The position numbers and the translations under genes are program-made. A stretch of 64,000 bases of DNA. It comes from Rhizobium sp. Q54 (lineage in GTDB: Bacteria > Pseudomonadota > Alphaproteobacteria > UBA828). Of the stretch, positions 38,262-49,088 are shown in pieces (the first letter of the stretch is position 1; each line of letters starts with the position of its first letter). Location of the stretch: the NCBI GenBank assembly GCA_945902735.1, contig CAMDNF010000001.1:10594-74593 (forward strand), read 5' to 3'. The notes below the pieces were generated by a model. The model did not search any database. It was not told where the DNA came from and saw only the letters and a list, made by a program, of their open reading frames with translations.

Positions 38262-38291
38262 GTCTCGATGATCGAGGCCGATCATCGAGAC
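38262..38291. terminator. perfect 13-bp inverted repeat with 4-nt loop downstream of phaR (hairpin; terminator or operator)
   Basis: gtctcgatgatcg-aggc-cgatcatcgagac, 17 nt after the phaR stop in a convergent intergenic region; no clear U-tract. Confidence 0.4.
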
Positions 38292-38435
38292 GCCATCAGA
38301 CGCCGGGCGCTCTGCGCGCGCAAAGCGCGCGACGCGCGCGCAGGGCGCACGACGCGCTTGGCTTACGCCGCTCACGCGGCGCGGCACGTGAGCGCCGTGT
38401 AGATCCTTTCGCTATTTGATCCCAAATCCCCTGCC

Positions 38436-39965
38436 TTACATCTCCTTCCAATCGGTCGCGGCTTCGAAGGCCTGCGCGAATTGCAAGACGGTCGCGTCGT
38501 CATAGCGTTTGCCGATGATCATCATGCCGATCGGCAAATCATCCGACACGCCGCAGGGGATCGTTAGCGCCGGGTGGCCCGAGCAATCGAATGGCGCGGT
38601 GTTGCGCAGCATGTTGAGCGCCGTGTCGACGTATTCCTCGCGCGAGCAATCGGGCGCCGGCAATTTGGTGGCGCGGAACGGAATGGTCGGCATGACCAAG
38701 ACGTCATATTCAGCCAGAGCCGCGTCATAGGCGTCGCGCAAGAGGCGCGAGAGGTTCTGCGCCTTGGCATAGAAGCGGCCATGATAATTCCGGTGCATGA
38801 ACTCGCCGGTCATCATCACGAGCTTGACGGTTTCCGACAGATCGTTCGGGCGCGTGCGCCAACCGCGGGCATAGGCATCCAAGAGCGAGGTGTTGTAATA
38901 GCCCTCCCAATTCCAGCCCATGCCATTGCCCTTGAGCATTTGGGCAGTGGCGCCTTCGGTCGCGATTGGGGTCCAAATATCGAGGCCGTGCAAATGCCAG
39001 GGCACTGAAATTTGCTTCACCTCGGCGCCGAGTTTCTTGAATACATCGGCCGCTGCCTTGACCTTGGAATCGGTCACGCGCTCGCTCTCGGGATGGCCGA
39101 AGCCCTCTTTGACCACGCCGACCTTCAAGCCCTTCACGCCCTTCTCCAGCGCCGCGACATAATTTTGCGTCTTGGTGCCGATCTGGCGCGGATCATAACC
39201 ATCGACACCCGCGATCACTTGAAGAAGCGTCGCGGTATCGCGCACCGTGCCGGCCATCGGGCCGCAATGATCGAGCGTCGCCTCGATTGGAAAAACACCG
39301 GTATAAGGCACCAGGCCATGGGTCGGTTTGTGGCCGACAATGCCCGACCACGCGCCCGGCATGCGGACCGAGCCGCCTTGATCGCCGCCCAAGGCCATGT
39401 CGGCCTCGCCGGTCACGATGACGACCGCGCTACCGGCTGAAGAACCGCCGGATGAATGACCGGGCTTGCGCGGGTTCTCGACCATGCCGGTCGCGGTCGT
39501 AGCGCTACCGCCATCGAAACAAAGATAGGTGTTGGCGGCCTTGCCGATGATGGTGCCGCCAGCATCCAATATGCGCGTGACCACGGTCGCGTCGATATCG
39601 GGCACGAAGCCTTCGAGCACGCTCGCGCCGTTCATCATCGGCACGCCGGCGAGACAGATATTATCCTTGAGTGCGATGCGCTTGCCGGCGAGCGGGCCGT
39701 TCTTCTTGCCCTTCACCTCGCAGCGCCAATACCACTGATTATATTTATTGTCGGCCGGTTGCGGCCGATGACCGGGATCGCGCGGATATTTCACCGGCAG
39801 TTTGACGTCGGGCAATTCATCGAGCCGGCTATAAACTGCGGCGGTGCCCGCCATCATTTTGCGAAAGGATTCGGCGTCTTCGATCGTGAGCGTCAGGCCG
39901 TAGGAATCGGCGATGTCGAGCACCTCCTCGATCTTGGGCGCGCGAACGGTGGGAAATTTGGCCAT
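38436..39965 (-). CDS. amidase (amidase-signature family)
   Basis: 509 aa; [54 protein letters not shown] is the AS-family Ser-cisSer-Lys signature region. Confidence 0.85.
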   Translation of the reverse strand: [509 protein letters not shown]

Positions 39966-40012
39966 GGTCTCCTCCCTGAGATTTTTGGGCCTTGAGGTTT
40001 TTGGTCGCGTTG

Positions 40013-40315
40013 TTAGCTGTGCTTGGCGGCGGTCTCATGCCCGATATAGCGCACGAGATCGCCATCGATCAGCGCGCCATAAAGCGCGACCCATTGGTCG
40101 CGATAGGCCGACGTGTTGTGAGCCTCGAGCGCGGCGCGATCGACAAACCGTTCATAAGTGATGAAGCGCGATGGGTCCTCGCCATCGCGACAGACATAAA
40201 ACCCCGCCGTGCCCGGCTCGTTTTGAATGACATGGGCGGTCATTTCACCGAGCGCCGCCTGAAGCGCATCGCCCTTGCCGGGCTTGGCGCGAAAGATCGC
40301 ATTGAGAAAAATCAT
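40013..40315 (-). CDS. antibiotic-biosynthesis-monooxygenase (ABM) domain protein
   Basis: Start at MIFLNAIFRAKPG; ferredoxin-like ABM fold motifs (EPGTAGFYVCRD...FITYERFVDRAALEAH). Confidence 0.6.
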   Translation of the reverse strand: MIFLNAIFRAKPGKGDALQAALGEMTAHVIQNEPGTAGFYVCRDGEDPSRFITYERFVDRAALEAHNTSAYRDQWVALYGALIDGDLVRYIGHETAAKHS

Positions 40316-40644
40316 GGGCCCTCGGTCGAATGGCGAGCGGCCGCGCCGCCCTTGCAGAAGCAGTTTTGGCCGTGGCTTGGCGCGCTTGTCAAACCGGCCC
40401 ACCCCGATGAACCGAATTTTCGTGTTGCAAAACAGCATGTTGCATTGCAGCGGACAGTCCGTAAGTCGTCATTAAGGTCAATTCATCCAGATGTTTTAAT
40501 GATTTAGCATAAAACTTCAAACGCTTGCCGGGTTCTGGGCGGGTCCCTATAGTCCGCCGCCATTGCAGCGCACAAAGAGCGCCGCAACACCGATCGACCG
40601 ACCGCGCGGCGGGTCCCCGCAAGCGGCCTGTGTGGGAGCCAAAG

Positions 40645-41094
40645 ATGCAGCCGAGTCGTTATATCGAGGGATTGCCGGCCTATTACTTCGAAGATTTGGC
40701 CATTGGCATGATGGGCGAATATAGCCGGGTCATCAGCCAAGCCAAAGTTGCCCGGTTCGCGGAGCTCTCGGGCGATTTCAATCCGCTGCATTTCAGCCCT
40801 GAATTCACCAAGGGCACCATCTTCAAGACTCCGATCGTGCACGGCATGCTGACCGCCGCGATGATCTCGACCGTGATCGGCAGCCGGATGCCAGGGCCGG
40901 GCTGCATATATATCAACCAGGAATTGCGCTTTAAGGCGCCGGTCCGCGCCGGTGACTATGTGACGGCGCGCGCCGTGGTCGAGACCCTGCACGCCGAAAA
41001 GAAGCGCGTCACCTTCCGCACCACCTGCGCGGTTGGCGATAAATTGGTGGTCGACGGCCAGGCCCTAATCCAAGTGCCCTCGCGCGAGTCGTAA
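40645..41094 (+). CDS. phaJ: MaoC-like (R)-specific enoyl-CoA hydratase
   Basis: Start at MQPSRYIEGL; hot-dog fold motifs DFNPLHFSPEFTKGTIFKTPIVHGML. Confidence 0.8.
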   Translation: MQPSRYIEGLPAYYFEDLAIGMMGEYSRVISQAKVARFAELSGDFNPLHFSPEFTKGTIFKTPIVHGMLTAAMISTVIGSRMPGPGCIYINQELRFKAPVRAGDYVTARAVVETLHAEKKRVTFRTTCAVGDKLVVDGQALIQVPSRES

Positions 41095-41192
41095 AAGCGG
41101 GGCGCCATCGCCGCTTCTCAAGCCGAAGCGCACCGCCTATTCTCAGGCCCGCGTCCACCGGACCGGGTGTCGACCCTCGCGCGAGGCTTGAA

Positions 41193-42188
41193 TTGCTCAT
41201 TATTCGCGGTCATGCCGGCCTAGCGCCGTCGCAACGAGGCGCTGTGGTTGCCATCGGTAATTTCGATGGCGTGCATCGTGGGCACCGCGCGGTGATCGAG
41301 GCAACCGCCGCGATCGCGCGGGCCGAACGGGCGCCGCTCGGCGTGCTGACCTTCGAGCCCCATCCGCGGGCGGTGCTGGGCGCGCCGGCCGCGCCGTTTC
41401 GCCTGACGCCTCTTCGAATCAAGGCGCACGCACTTAAGTCGCTCGGCGTCGAGCGGCTCCACCTCCTTCATTTCACGCGCGCGCTCGCGGCCAAGACGCC
41501 CGAACAATTCGTGCGCGAGGTGTTGGTTGAGGGCGTTGGCGCCAAACATCTGGTGGTCGGTCAGGATTTTGCCTTCGGCAAGTCGCGGGCCGGCAATCCG
41601 GCGCTGCTGCGCCAGGTCGCCGGCGCGGCCGGGGTTGGCGTCACGGTGATTGCGCCGCAGGGCGAGGGCCAGGGCAAATATTCGTCGAGCGATGCGCGGC
41701 GCTTGGTCGGCGAGGGCAGGATCGCGGACGCCGCGCGCATTCTTGGCCGGTGGTTCGAGCTTGAGGGCCGCGTTGCCAAAGGCGATCAGCGGGGGCGCAC
41801 GCTCGGCTTCCCAACCGCGAATATCGGGCTCAAGGGGCTCCTGCACCCGGTGGCGGGGGTCTATGCGCTTTATGCCGGCGCCGATGGTGGGGCGGGCACG
41901 GTCTGGCACAGAGCGGTTGGCAATCTCGGCAAACGCCCGACTTTCGCCGGGCAAGAAGAGCGGCTTGAAGTGCATTTGTTCGATTTCGCGGGCGACCTCT
42001 ACGGCCAGCGCCTCTGCTTCCGCTTCGTCGCCAAATTGCGTCCGGAGCGAAAATTCGACGGGCTTGAGGCCTTGAAGGCGCAGATCGCGCTTGATTGTCG
42101 CGAGGCGCGCGCCATCCTCGCGCGCGAGCGGCCGGAGGGTCCGAGACTCGAGCGCGCCGAGACCATGGTTGAGCAGGCTTCGACATGA
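41193..42188 (+). CDS. ribF: bifunctional riboflavin kinase / FMN adenylyltransferase
   Basis: 331 aa, TTG start; [15 protein letters not shown], and riboflavin kinase motif [20 protein letters not shown]. Confidence 0.9.
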   Translation: MLIIRGHAGLAPSQRGAVVAIGNFDGVHRGHRAVIEATAAIARAERAPLGVLTFEPHPRAVLGAPAAPFRLTPLRIKAHALKSLGVERLHLLHFTRALAAKTPEQFVREVLVEGVGAKHLVVGQDFAFGKSRAGNPALLRQVAGAAGVGVTVIAPQGEGQGKYSSSDARRLVGEGRIADAARILGRWFELEGRVAKGDQRGRTLGFPTANIGLKGLLHPVAGVYALYAGADGGAGTVWHRAVGNLGKRPTFAGQEERLEVHLFDFAGDLYGQRLCFRFVAKLRPERKFDGLEALKAQIALDCREARAILARERPEGPRLERAETMVEQAST

Positions 42189-45058
42189 CGACCGATTACA
42201 AAGCAACTGTATTCCTGCCGCGGACGGCGTTCGCCATGAAGGCCGATTTGCCGAAGCGCGAGCCTGAGTTCCTCGCCCTCTGGGAGCGCTTGGGTCTTTA
42301 TCAGAAGTTGCGGGCGGACTCGAAGGGGCGCGAGAAATTCGTGCTGCATGATGGCCCGCCCTATGCCAATGGCCATCTCCATATCGGCCACGCGCTGAAT
42401 AAGATTTTGAAGGACGTCATCGTTCGCTCGCAGCAAATGCTCGGCAAGGACGCGGTCTATGTGCCGGGGTGGGATTGCCATGGCCTGCCGATCGAATGGC
42501 AGATCGAGCAAAATTATCGCAAGGCCGGCAAAGACAAAGACGCCGTGCCGGTGCCGCAATTTCGTGCCGAGTGCCGCGCCTTCGCCGAACATTGGATCGA
42601 TGTGCAGAGGGCCGAGTTCAAGCGCCTCGGCATCATCGGCGATTGGGAGAATCCGTATACGACGATGAGCCGCGATGCCGAGGCGCAGATCGTGCGCGAG
42701 GTCGGCAAGTTTCTGGTCAATGGCAGCCTCTATCGCGGCAAGCGACCGGTGATGTGGTCGGTCGTGGAAAAGACCGCGCTGGCCGAGGCCGAGGTCGAAT
42801 ATCACGATCACAATTCGACGACGATTTGGGTGCGCTTCAAGGTGATCAAACCGGGCGCGCCGGCGCTCGATGGCGCGTCGGTCTTGATTTGGACGACGAC
42901 GCCTTGGACCATTCCGGGCAATCGCGCGATCGCCTATGGGCCTGCGATCGCGTATCAGGTGATCGCGATCGAGGCGGTGGCGGAAGGCAGCCTCGCGCGC
43001 GTGGGCGAAAAGCTCGTGGTCGCGGCGGAATTGCTTGGCCAGATCGCGAAAGATCTCAAAATCGAGCGCTACAAGGTGGTGGCGGGCGAGGTGCCGGGAG
43101 CGGCGCTCGCTGAAACCGTTTGCGCGCATCCTTGGCGCGGCAAGGGCTATGAGTTCGATGTGCCGCTGTTGTCCGGCGATCATGTCACGATCGAGCAGGG
43201 CACTGGTTTCGTGCATACCGCGCCCGGCCATGGCGCGGAGGACTTCGAGGTTGTGCGCCTGCACAATGCGGGTGCCGCGGTCAAAGCCGGTCAGAAGAAC
43301 CGCATCGAGGTGCCCGATACGGTCGACGATGGCGGCAGCTTTTTGCCGCTGGTACCGTTGGTCGCGGGCCTTCATGTGTTCAAGGCCGACGAACGGGTCG
43401 CCGAGCTTCTGGCCGAGGTCGGGGCGCTTGCCGCCAAGGGCAAACTGACGCATTCCTATCCGCACTCCTGGCGCTCCAAGGCCCCACTGATTTTTCGCGC
43501 CACGCCGCAATGGTTCATCTCAATGTCGACGACGGGCTTGCGCGAAACCGCGTTGGCCGCGATCGACCAGGTGCGTTGGGTGCCGGCCTCGGGCCGCCAA
43601 CGCATTCGCGCCATGATCGAACAGCGCCCCGATTGGGTGATCTCGCGCCAGCGCATTTGGGGCGTGCCGATCACCGTCTTCGTCGACAAGCAATCGGGCG
43701 AGCCTTTGCGCGACCCGAAGGTGGTCGAGCGCGTTGCCGAGGCGGTTCGTAAGGATGGCGTCGAAGCGTGGTTCACCGCCGACGCGAAAGACTTTCTTGG
43801 GCCCGATTACGATGCCGCGCGGTTCGAGCGCGTCACAGATATTCTCGATGTCTGGTTCGAATCGGGGTCGAGCCACGCCTTCGTGCTCGAGCAGCGGCCC
43901 GACCTTGCGTGGCCGGCCTCGCTTTATCTCGAAGGCTCGGACCAGCATCGCGGCTGGTTCCATTCCTCGTTGCTCGAATCTTGCGGCACGCGCGGCCGCG
44001 CGCCCTATGAAGCGGTGCTGACGCACGGTTTCGTGGTCGATGGCGAGGGGCGCAAAATGTCGAAATCGCTCGGCAATGTGGTGGCGCCGCAGACCGTGAT
44101 CGACCAATACGGCGCCGATATCTTGCGGCTTTGGGTCGTTAGCACCGACTATTCCGACGACCTTCGCATCAGTCAGGATATTTTACGCTATCAGGCCGAT
44201 TCCTATCGACGGTTGCGCAATACCTTGCGGTATCTCTTGGGAAGCCTCGAAGGCTTCGGCGAGGCCGAGCGCCTGCCGGTGGCCGAAATGCCGCCGCTTG
44301 AGCGCTATGTTCTCCACCGCCTCAACCGCCTTGATACCGATTTGCGCGGTAGGTTGGAGGCGTTCGACTTCCATACCATCTTCAGCACGCTGCATAATTT
44401 TTGCGCGGTTGAATTGTCGGCGCTCTATTTCGACATTCGGAAAGATTCGCTCTATTGCGATCGGCGCGATTCAAAGCGCCGGCGTGCCGCTCGCACCGTG
44501 CTCGAGAATTTATTCGATTTTCTGACCGCCTGGTTTGCGCCGCTGATTCCGTTCACCGCCGAGGAAGCCTGGCGTACGCGCCATAGCGGGCCGGATGAGA
44601 GCGTTCATCGCCGTGGCTTTCCTGTTATTCCTGAGGCCTGGCGCGACGATGCGCTGGCGGCGAAGGTGGAAAAACTGCTTGGCGTTCGACGCGTGATCAC
44701 CAAGGCGCTTGAGCTCGCGCGCGCGGAAAAGAAGATTGGCGCCTCGCTTGAGGCATGGCCGGAATTGTTCATCGACGAGGGGTATGGCGACGTGCTCAAT
44801 CTGCCGGGGCTCACTTTGCCCGAGCTTGGCATCATGTCGGGTGTCGTCGTGCGTCCCTTTGCCGAGGCCAAGGGCGAAAGCGGGCTTGAAACCCTGCCCG
44901 ATGTTCCGGGCGTCGCGGTGCGCTTCAAGCCCTCGCCGCACTCGAAGTGCGGGCGTTGTTGGCAGCTTGTGCCCGATGTCGGTCAAAATGAGGCCCATGC
45001 CGATTTGTGTGGCCGGTGCGCCGATGCGGTCGATGCGTTTCGTGCCGCGGCCGAATAA
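42185..45058 (+). CDS. ileS: isoleucyl-tRNA synthetase
   Basis: 957 aa; [17 protein letters not shown]-terminal Zn-finger CGRCW...CGRC. Confidence 0.95.
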   Translation: MTTDYKATVFLPRTAFAMKADLPKREPEFLALWERLGLYQKLRADSKGREKFVLHDGPPYANGHLHIGHALNKILKDVIVRSQQMLGKDAVYVPGWDCHGLPIEWQIEQNYRKAGKDKDAVPVPQFRAECRAFAEHWIDVQRAEFKRLGIIGDWENPYTTMSRDAEAQIVREVGKFLVNGSLYRGKRPVMWSVVEKTALAEAEVEYHDHNSTTIWVRFKVIKPGAPALDGASVLIWTTTPWTIPGNRAIAYGPAIAYQVIAIEAVAEGSLARVGEKLVVAAELLGQIAKDLKIERYKVVAGEVPGAALAETVCAHPWRGKGYEFDVPLLSGDHVTIEQGTGFVHTAPGHGAEDFEVVRLHNAGAAVKAGQKNRIEVPDTVDDGGSFLPLVPLVAGLHVFKADERVAELLAEVGALAAKGKLTHSYPHSWRSKAPLIFRATPQWFISMSTTGLRETALAAIDQVRWVPASGRQRIRAMIEQRPDWVISRQRIWGVPITVFVDKQSGEPLRDPKVVERVAEAVRKDGVEAWFTADAKDFLGPDYDAARFERVTDILDVWFESGSSHAFVLEQRPDLAWPASLYLEGSDQHRGWFHSSLLESCGTRGRAPYEAVLTHGFVVDGEGRKMSKSLGNVVAPQTVIDQYGADILRLWVVSTDYSDDLRISQDILRYQADSYRRLRNTLRYLLGSLEGFGEAERLPVAEMPPLERYVLHRLNRLDTDLRGRLEAFDFHTIFSTLHNFCAVELSALYFDIRKDSLYCDRRDSKRRRAARTVLENLFDFLTAWFAPLIPFTAEEAWRTRHSGPDESVHRRGFPVIPEAWRDDALAAKVEKLLGVRRVITKALELARAEKKIGASLEAWPELFIDEGYGDVLNLPGLTLPELGIMSGVVVRPFAEAKGESGLETLPDVPGVAVRFKPSPHSKCGRCWQLVPDVGQNEAHADLCGRCADAVDAFRAAAE

Positions 45059-45091
45059 GCGCATGGCCATCCAAACGGGCGGGGCCGCCGC

Positions 45092-45562
45092 GTGATCAAA
45101 CTCGGTCTACCCATCGCAGCCATCGTCATCGTGCTCGACCAGTTGACCAAGTGGTTTGCCCGCGACGCGCTGTGGGATCCGCCCAGCCGGGTTGAGGTTT
45201 TTTCTTTCTTCAATTTGGTCGCGGTCGAAAACCGCGGCATCAGCTTTGGGATGCTGGAAAGCGATTCCGGCTTCGGTCCCTGGTTGATTGCTGGGGTTGC
45301 GCTTGCGATTGCCGCGGCGCTGGTGGTTTGGCTGGCGCGAACCAAGCGACATCTGCCGGCCATCGCGCTTGGGCTCATTGTTGGCGGCGCGGTCGGCAAT
45401 GTGATCGATCGGGCACGCCTGGGCTGGGTGATCGACTTCATCGATCTCCACGTGGGCGATTATCACTGGCCGGCGTTTAATATCGCGGATGCTGGAATCA
45501 CGGTCGGTGTGGGTCTTCTGTTGATCGATGCCTTGTTCCGACCGAGCCGCCCTGCTAGATAA
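45092..45562 (+). CDS. lspA: lipoprotein signal peptidase (signal peptidase II)
   Basis: 156 aa; four TM helices; FNLVAVENRGISFG, GGAVGNVIDR, FNIADAGI motifs. Confidence 0.9.
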   Translation: MIKLGLPIAAIVIVLDQLTKWFARDALWDPPSRVEVFSFFNLVAVENRGISFGMLESDSGFGPWLIAGVALAIAAALVVWLARTKRHLPAIALGLIVGGAVGNVIDRARLGWVIDFIDLHVGDYHWPAFNIADAGITVGVGLLLIDALFRPSRPAR

Positions 45563-45568
45563 GAGAGT

Positions 45569-46162
45569 ATGCAGTCTGTGAAATTGCCCTTTGGCGGTCG
45601 GGCGTTCCGAGCCCTGGCCACAATGCTGGTCGGGGGCGGATTACTGGTCGCGATCAATGCCTGCGAGGGCATTAAGGGCTCGCTCGGCCTGTCGAAATCG
45701 TCGCCGGACGAGTTCGCGGTCGTGCCGAATCTGCCATTGTCGGTGCCGCCCGATTTCCAATTGCGGCCGCCAGGCACCGGTGGGCCGGGGCTGCAAGAGC
45801 GCCCGGTGCGTGAAAAAGCGGCGGAAAGCGTGTTTGGCGCCGAAGCCGGTCAGGGCGCCGAGCCCGATGTCGGGTTCGCGCAGGGCGAAGCGGCGCTGCT
45901 TCGATCCGCCGGCGCCACCACCATCGAGCCCAATATCCGCGACGTTATCGATCGCGAGTTCTCGATTTATGCTAAAAATGATCAAGGCTTCCTGACCGAT
46001 CTGATGTTTTGGCGCGCCGAGCCGGAGCCAGGCGAGCCTTTGGATCCAAACGCCGAGGCCAAGCGCCTGAAAGAAAATGCGGCGCTCGGCAAGCCGGTGA
46101 CCGAAGGCGAAACGCCGGTCATCAAGCGGCGTGAAAAAGGCATGCTGGAAGATATCTTCTAG
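45569..46162 (+). CDS. DUF3035 lipoprotein
   Basis: 197 aa; signal peptide plus lipobox LVAINAC; conserved position downstream of lspA in alphaproteobacteria. Confidence 0.6.
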   Translation: MQSVKLPFGGRAFRALATMLVGGGLLVAINACEGIKGSLGLSKSSPDEFAVVPNLPLSVPPDFQLRPPGTGGPGLQERPVREKAAESVFGAEAGQGAEPDVGFAQGEAALLRSAGATTIEPNIRDVIDREFSIYAKNDQGFLTDLMFWRAEPEPGEPLDPNAEAKRLKENAALGKPVTEGETPVIKRREKGMLEDIF

Positions 46163-46385
46163 GCTGACTGCCTGATTTCAGCCGATTTCCCCGTCGGGGC
46201 TACCGATCATCACAGCCTTTCCCCCCAGATTAATTCGGTTTCACCCGTCTTGCCGACCATTGCGTTAACCATACTTAACGATCTGCGGCCGCACGCTAGT
46301 GGCGCCATGGGGTGGCGCTTTGTCGCATGCGGCACGATGGCGCAGCGCGATGGTGTCGCGTGATGACAGTCGAAGGGAATAGCGG

Positions 46386-47738
46386 ATGAAACGGGCTTTT
46401 GGTTTCGGTGTTATCGCGAGTCTCGTTGCGTTCGTCTTGCTGTTGTTGCCGGCCGCGCCAGTGCGCGCCGAATTGTTTCCGGCCGAGAGCTTCATGCTAG
46501 CGAATGGCATGCAGGTTGTCGTGCTGCCGAACCATCGGGCGCCGGTTGTCGTGCATATGGTTTGGTATCGCGTCGGCGCGGCCGATGATCCGCCCGGTAA
46601 ATCAGGGGTCGCGCATTTCCTCGAACATCTGATGTTCAAGGGCACGGCCAAACATGGGCCGGGTGAATTCTCGCGAATGGTCGCAGACAATGGCGGTTCG
46701 GAAAACGCGTTCACCTCGGCTGATTACACCGGATATTTCCAAAAGGTCGCGCGCGATCGGCTCGAGATGGTGATGGAATTGGAAGCCGATCGGATGCGCA
46801 ATCTGATCCTTACCGACGCCGTCATCACGCCCGAGCGGCAGGTCATCATCGAAGAGCGCAATAGCCGAATCGACAACGATCCCTCGGCGCTCCTGCAGGA
46901 GCAGATGGAGGCCGCGCTCTATGTGCGTCATCCCTTCGGCTCGCCCAATATCGGCTGGCGCGTTGAAATGGAGGGGCTCGATCGGGAGACCGCGTTGAGC
47001 GTTTATCGCCAGTATTACGCGCCGGACAATGCGATCCTGATTGTCGCGGGCGATATCACGGCAGCTGAATTGAAGCCGCTAGCCGAAAAATACTATGGTG
47101 TTCTCAAACCCAGTGGCATTGAGGCGCGTCAACGCCTGGCTGAGCCGACGCCCTTGGCCGAGCGCCGCGTCATTTTGCGTGATGCGCGTGTCACCCAGCC
47201 CTCCTTGATGCGTGCTTATTTGGCGCCAAGCGCCGCCTCGAACGACCGTGAAACGGCGACCGCGCTTTCAGTGTTATCGGATATTCTCGGCAGCAACACG
47301 ACGAGCCGGCTCTATCGCTCGCTCACCGTCGAACAGAAAAAGGCGACCTATGCTGGATCGAGCTATCACTCGCTCGCGCTCGATTGGTCGGGCTTCTATG
47401 TTTATGCGGCGCCGCTGCCTGAAACCTCAATGACGGAACTCGAAACGGCGCTTGATGCCGCGATTGCCGATCTTTTGAAAAACGGCGTTACTGAGACTGA
47501 ACTTAAGGAATCGGTGACGCGCATGAAGGCGCGCGCGATCTATGCGCTCGACGACCCCCAGGCGATCGCCAATATTTTTGGGTCGGTGCTCGCGATCGGC
47601 CTTACCATTGATGACATCCAAAATTGGCCCATGCGTCTTGATGCGGTGACGGTGGACAGGATCAACGCCGCGGCGCGCGCGATTCTGAAGCCGGAGCGTT
47701 CGGTCACGGGGCAACTTCTGCCCAAGACGGAGGGCTAG
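46386..47738 (+). CDS. M16-family zinc peptidase (active subunit)
   Basis: 450 aa; signal peptide; inverted zinc motif HFLEHLMFKGT (HxxEH) ... E. Confidence 0.85.
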   Translation: MKRAFGFGVIASLVAFVLLLLPAAPVRAELFPAESFMLANGMQVVVLPNHRAPVVVHMVWYRVGAADDPPGKSGVAHFLEHLMFKGTAKHGPGEFSRMVADNGGSENAFTSADYTGYFQKVARDRLEMVMELEADRMRNLILTDAVITPERQVIIEERNSRIDNDPSALLQEQMEAALYVRHPFGSPNIGWRVEMEGLDRETALSVYRQYYAPDNAILIVAGDITAAELKPLAEKYYGVLKPSGIEARQRLAEPTPLAERRVILRDARVTQPSLMRAYLAPSAASNDRETATALSVLSDILGSNTTSRLYRSLTVEQKKATYAGSSYHSLALDWSGFYVYAAPLPETSMTELETALDAAIADLLKNGVTETELKESVTRMKARAIYALDDPQAIANIFGSVLAIGLTIDDIQNWPMRLDAVTVDRINAAARAILKPERSVTGQLLPKTEG

Positions 47739-47741
47739 GCC

Positions 47742-49088
47742 ATGCGGTGGTTTGCCAAACGCCCTGTCTCGGCCGCCCTCGCATTGATTGTTCTGGTGCT
47801 CGGCATGGCGAGCGCGATGCCCGCCAGCGCCACGACCATGGTTGAAGAAATCAAAACGCCAAAGGGTTTCACCCTTTGGTATGTCCGGGAGGCGACGATC
47901 CCGGTGATTTCGCTGCAACTCCATTTCAAGGGCGGCGCGGCGCTCGATCCGGCCGGAAAAAATGGTTTGGCGCGCTTTGCCTCGAGCCTGTTCGATGAGG
48001 GGGCCGGCGATCTCGATTCGCAAACCTTCCAGCGCCGCATCACCAATTTGGCGATCGGCCTGAAGTTCGACGCCGGGCTCGATTCTTTTTCCGTCGATCT
48101 GCAGACGTTGACCGAGAACCGCGAGGAGGCATTTCAATTGGCGGGGCTCGCGCTTTCATCACCGCGCTTCGATCAAGATGCTGTTGAGCGGGTGCGGGCG
48201 CAGTTCCTTCATATTATTCGCGAGGGCGAACAAGACCCGGCTAAGCGTTCCGCGCAAGGCTGGTTTCGCGCGGCCTTTGGCGATCATCCCTATGCCGCGC
48301 CGAGCGATGGCACCAAAGCGAGCATCACAAGCATCACCATCGATGATCTCAAGGTCTTCGCGCGGGATCGCCTGGCGCGCGACAATGTGGTGATTGGTGC
48401 GTCAGGCGATGTGTCATCGGACGAAATCGCACGGCTGGTCGATTTGGTGCTTGGCAAGCTACCGGAGAAGGCCGTCGCGGCGACGCTGCCCGACGTCGCA
48501 TTGCCGGCAGCCGGTCTCATGCGGATCGAACAACTTGATGTGCCGCAAAGCGTGGTCTCGTTTGGGCTCAATGGGTTTAAGCGTGATAACCCCGATTTTT
48601 ATGCCGCCTATGTGATGAACCATGTGCTGGGTAGCGGCGGTTTCACGTCGCGGCTCTATGCCGAGGTGCGTGAAAAGCGCGGCCTTGCCTATTCGGTCTA
48701 TAGCTATTTGCAGCCGATGCGGGCGGCGGGCCTTTTTATGGGTGGTGTCGCGACGCAAAATGACCGAGTGGCCGAATCGATTGCGCTCATTCGGGCCGAA
48801 ATCGCGCGAATGGCAAAAGACGGTGTGACCGAGGCGGAGCTCGCGGCGGCCAAGCGTCATCTCACGGGCGCCTTTCCGCTTAATTTCGATACGGGGGACC
48901 AGATTGCCGACATGCTGGTTGGCATGCAGGTGGATCGCCTGGGCATCGATTATTTCGTGAAACGTAATGCGTATCTCAACGCTGTAACGGTCGCGGATGT
49001 CGCACGCGTCGCCAAACAATTGCTCGATCCGGAAAAGCTGGTCATCGTCGTTGCGGGAAATCCGGTTGGGCTCGTTGCGACGCCCTAG
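47742..49088 (+). CDS. M16-family peptidase (non-catalytic partner subunit)
   Basis: 448 aa; signal peptide; M16 fold but no HxxEH motif. Lies 4 nt after the active subunit, as in heterodimeric pairs. Confidence 0.8.
   Translation: MRWFAKRPVSAALALIVLVLGMASAMPASATTMVEEIKTPKGFTLWYVREATIPVISLQLHFKGGAALDPAGKNGLARFASSLFDEGAGDLDSQTFQRRITNLAIGLKFDAGLDSFSVDLQTLTENREEAFQLAGLALSSPRFDQDAVERVRAQFLHIIREGEQDPAKRSAQGWFRAAFGDHPYAAPSDGTKASITSITIDDLKVFARDRLARDNVVIGASGDVSSDEIARLVDLVLGKLPEKAVAATLPDVALPAAGLMRIEQLDVPQSVVSFGLNGFKRDNPDFYAAYVMNHVLGSGGFTSRLYAEVREKRGLAYSVYSYLQPMRAAGLFMGGVATQNDRVAESIALIRAEIARMAKDGVTEAELAAAKRHLTGAFPLNFDTGDQIADMLVGMQVDRLGIDYFVKRNAYLNAVTVADVARVAKQLLDPEKLVIVVAGNPVGLVATP

Noticed and set aside
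40440-40645. AT-rich stretch (cattaaggtcaattcatccagatgttttaatgatttagcataaaac) upstream of phaJ as a possible sRNA or regulatory element
   Set aside because: Most simply a sigma-70/IHF-type promoter region in the ABM-phaJ divergent spacer; there is no terminator or conserved structure to support an sRNA.
41999-43510. 503-aa minus-strand ORF inside ileS, and 328-aa minus ORF 41220..42206 inside ribF
   Set aside because: Both are antisense shadows of strongly supported genes (ileS HIGH/KMSKS motifs, ribF motifs) and have no recognisable domains.
46230-46290. TTAACCATACTTAAC sequence upstream of the first M16 peptidase gene, resembling a CtrA box (TTAA-N7-TTAAC)
   Set aside because: Second half-site is TAAC rather than TTAA; a single imperfect match cannot be told from chance without a genome-wide motif scan.
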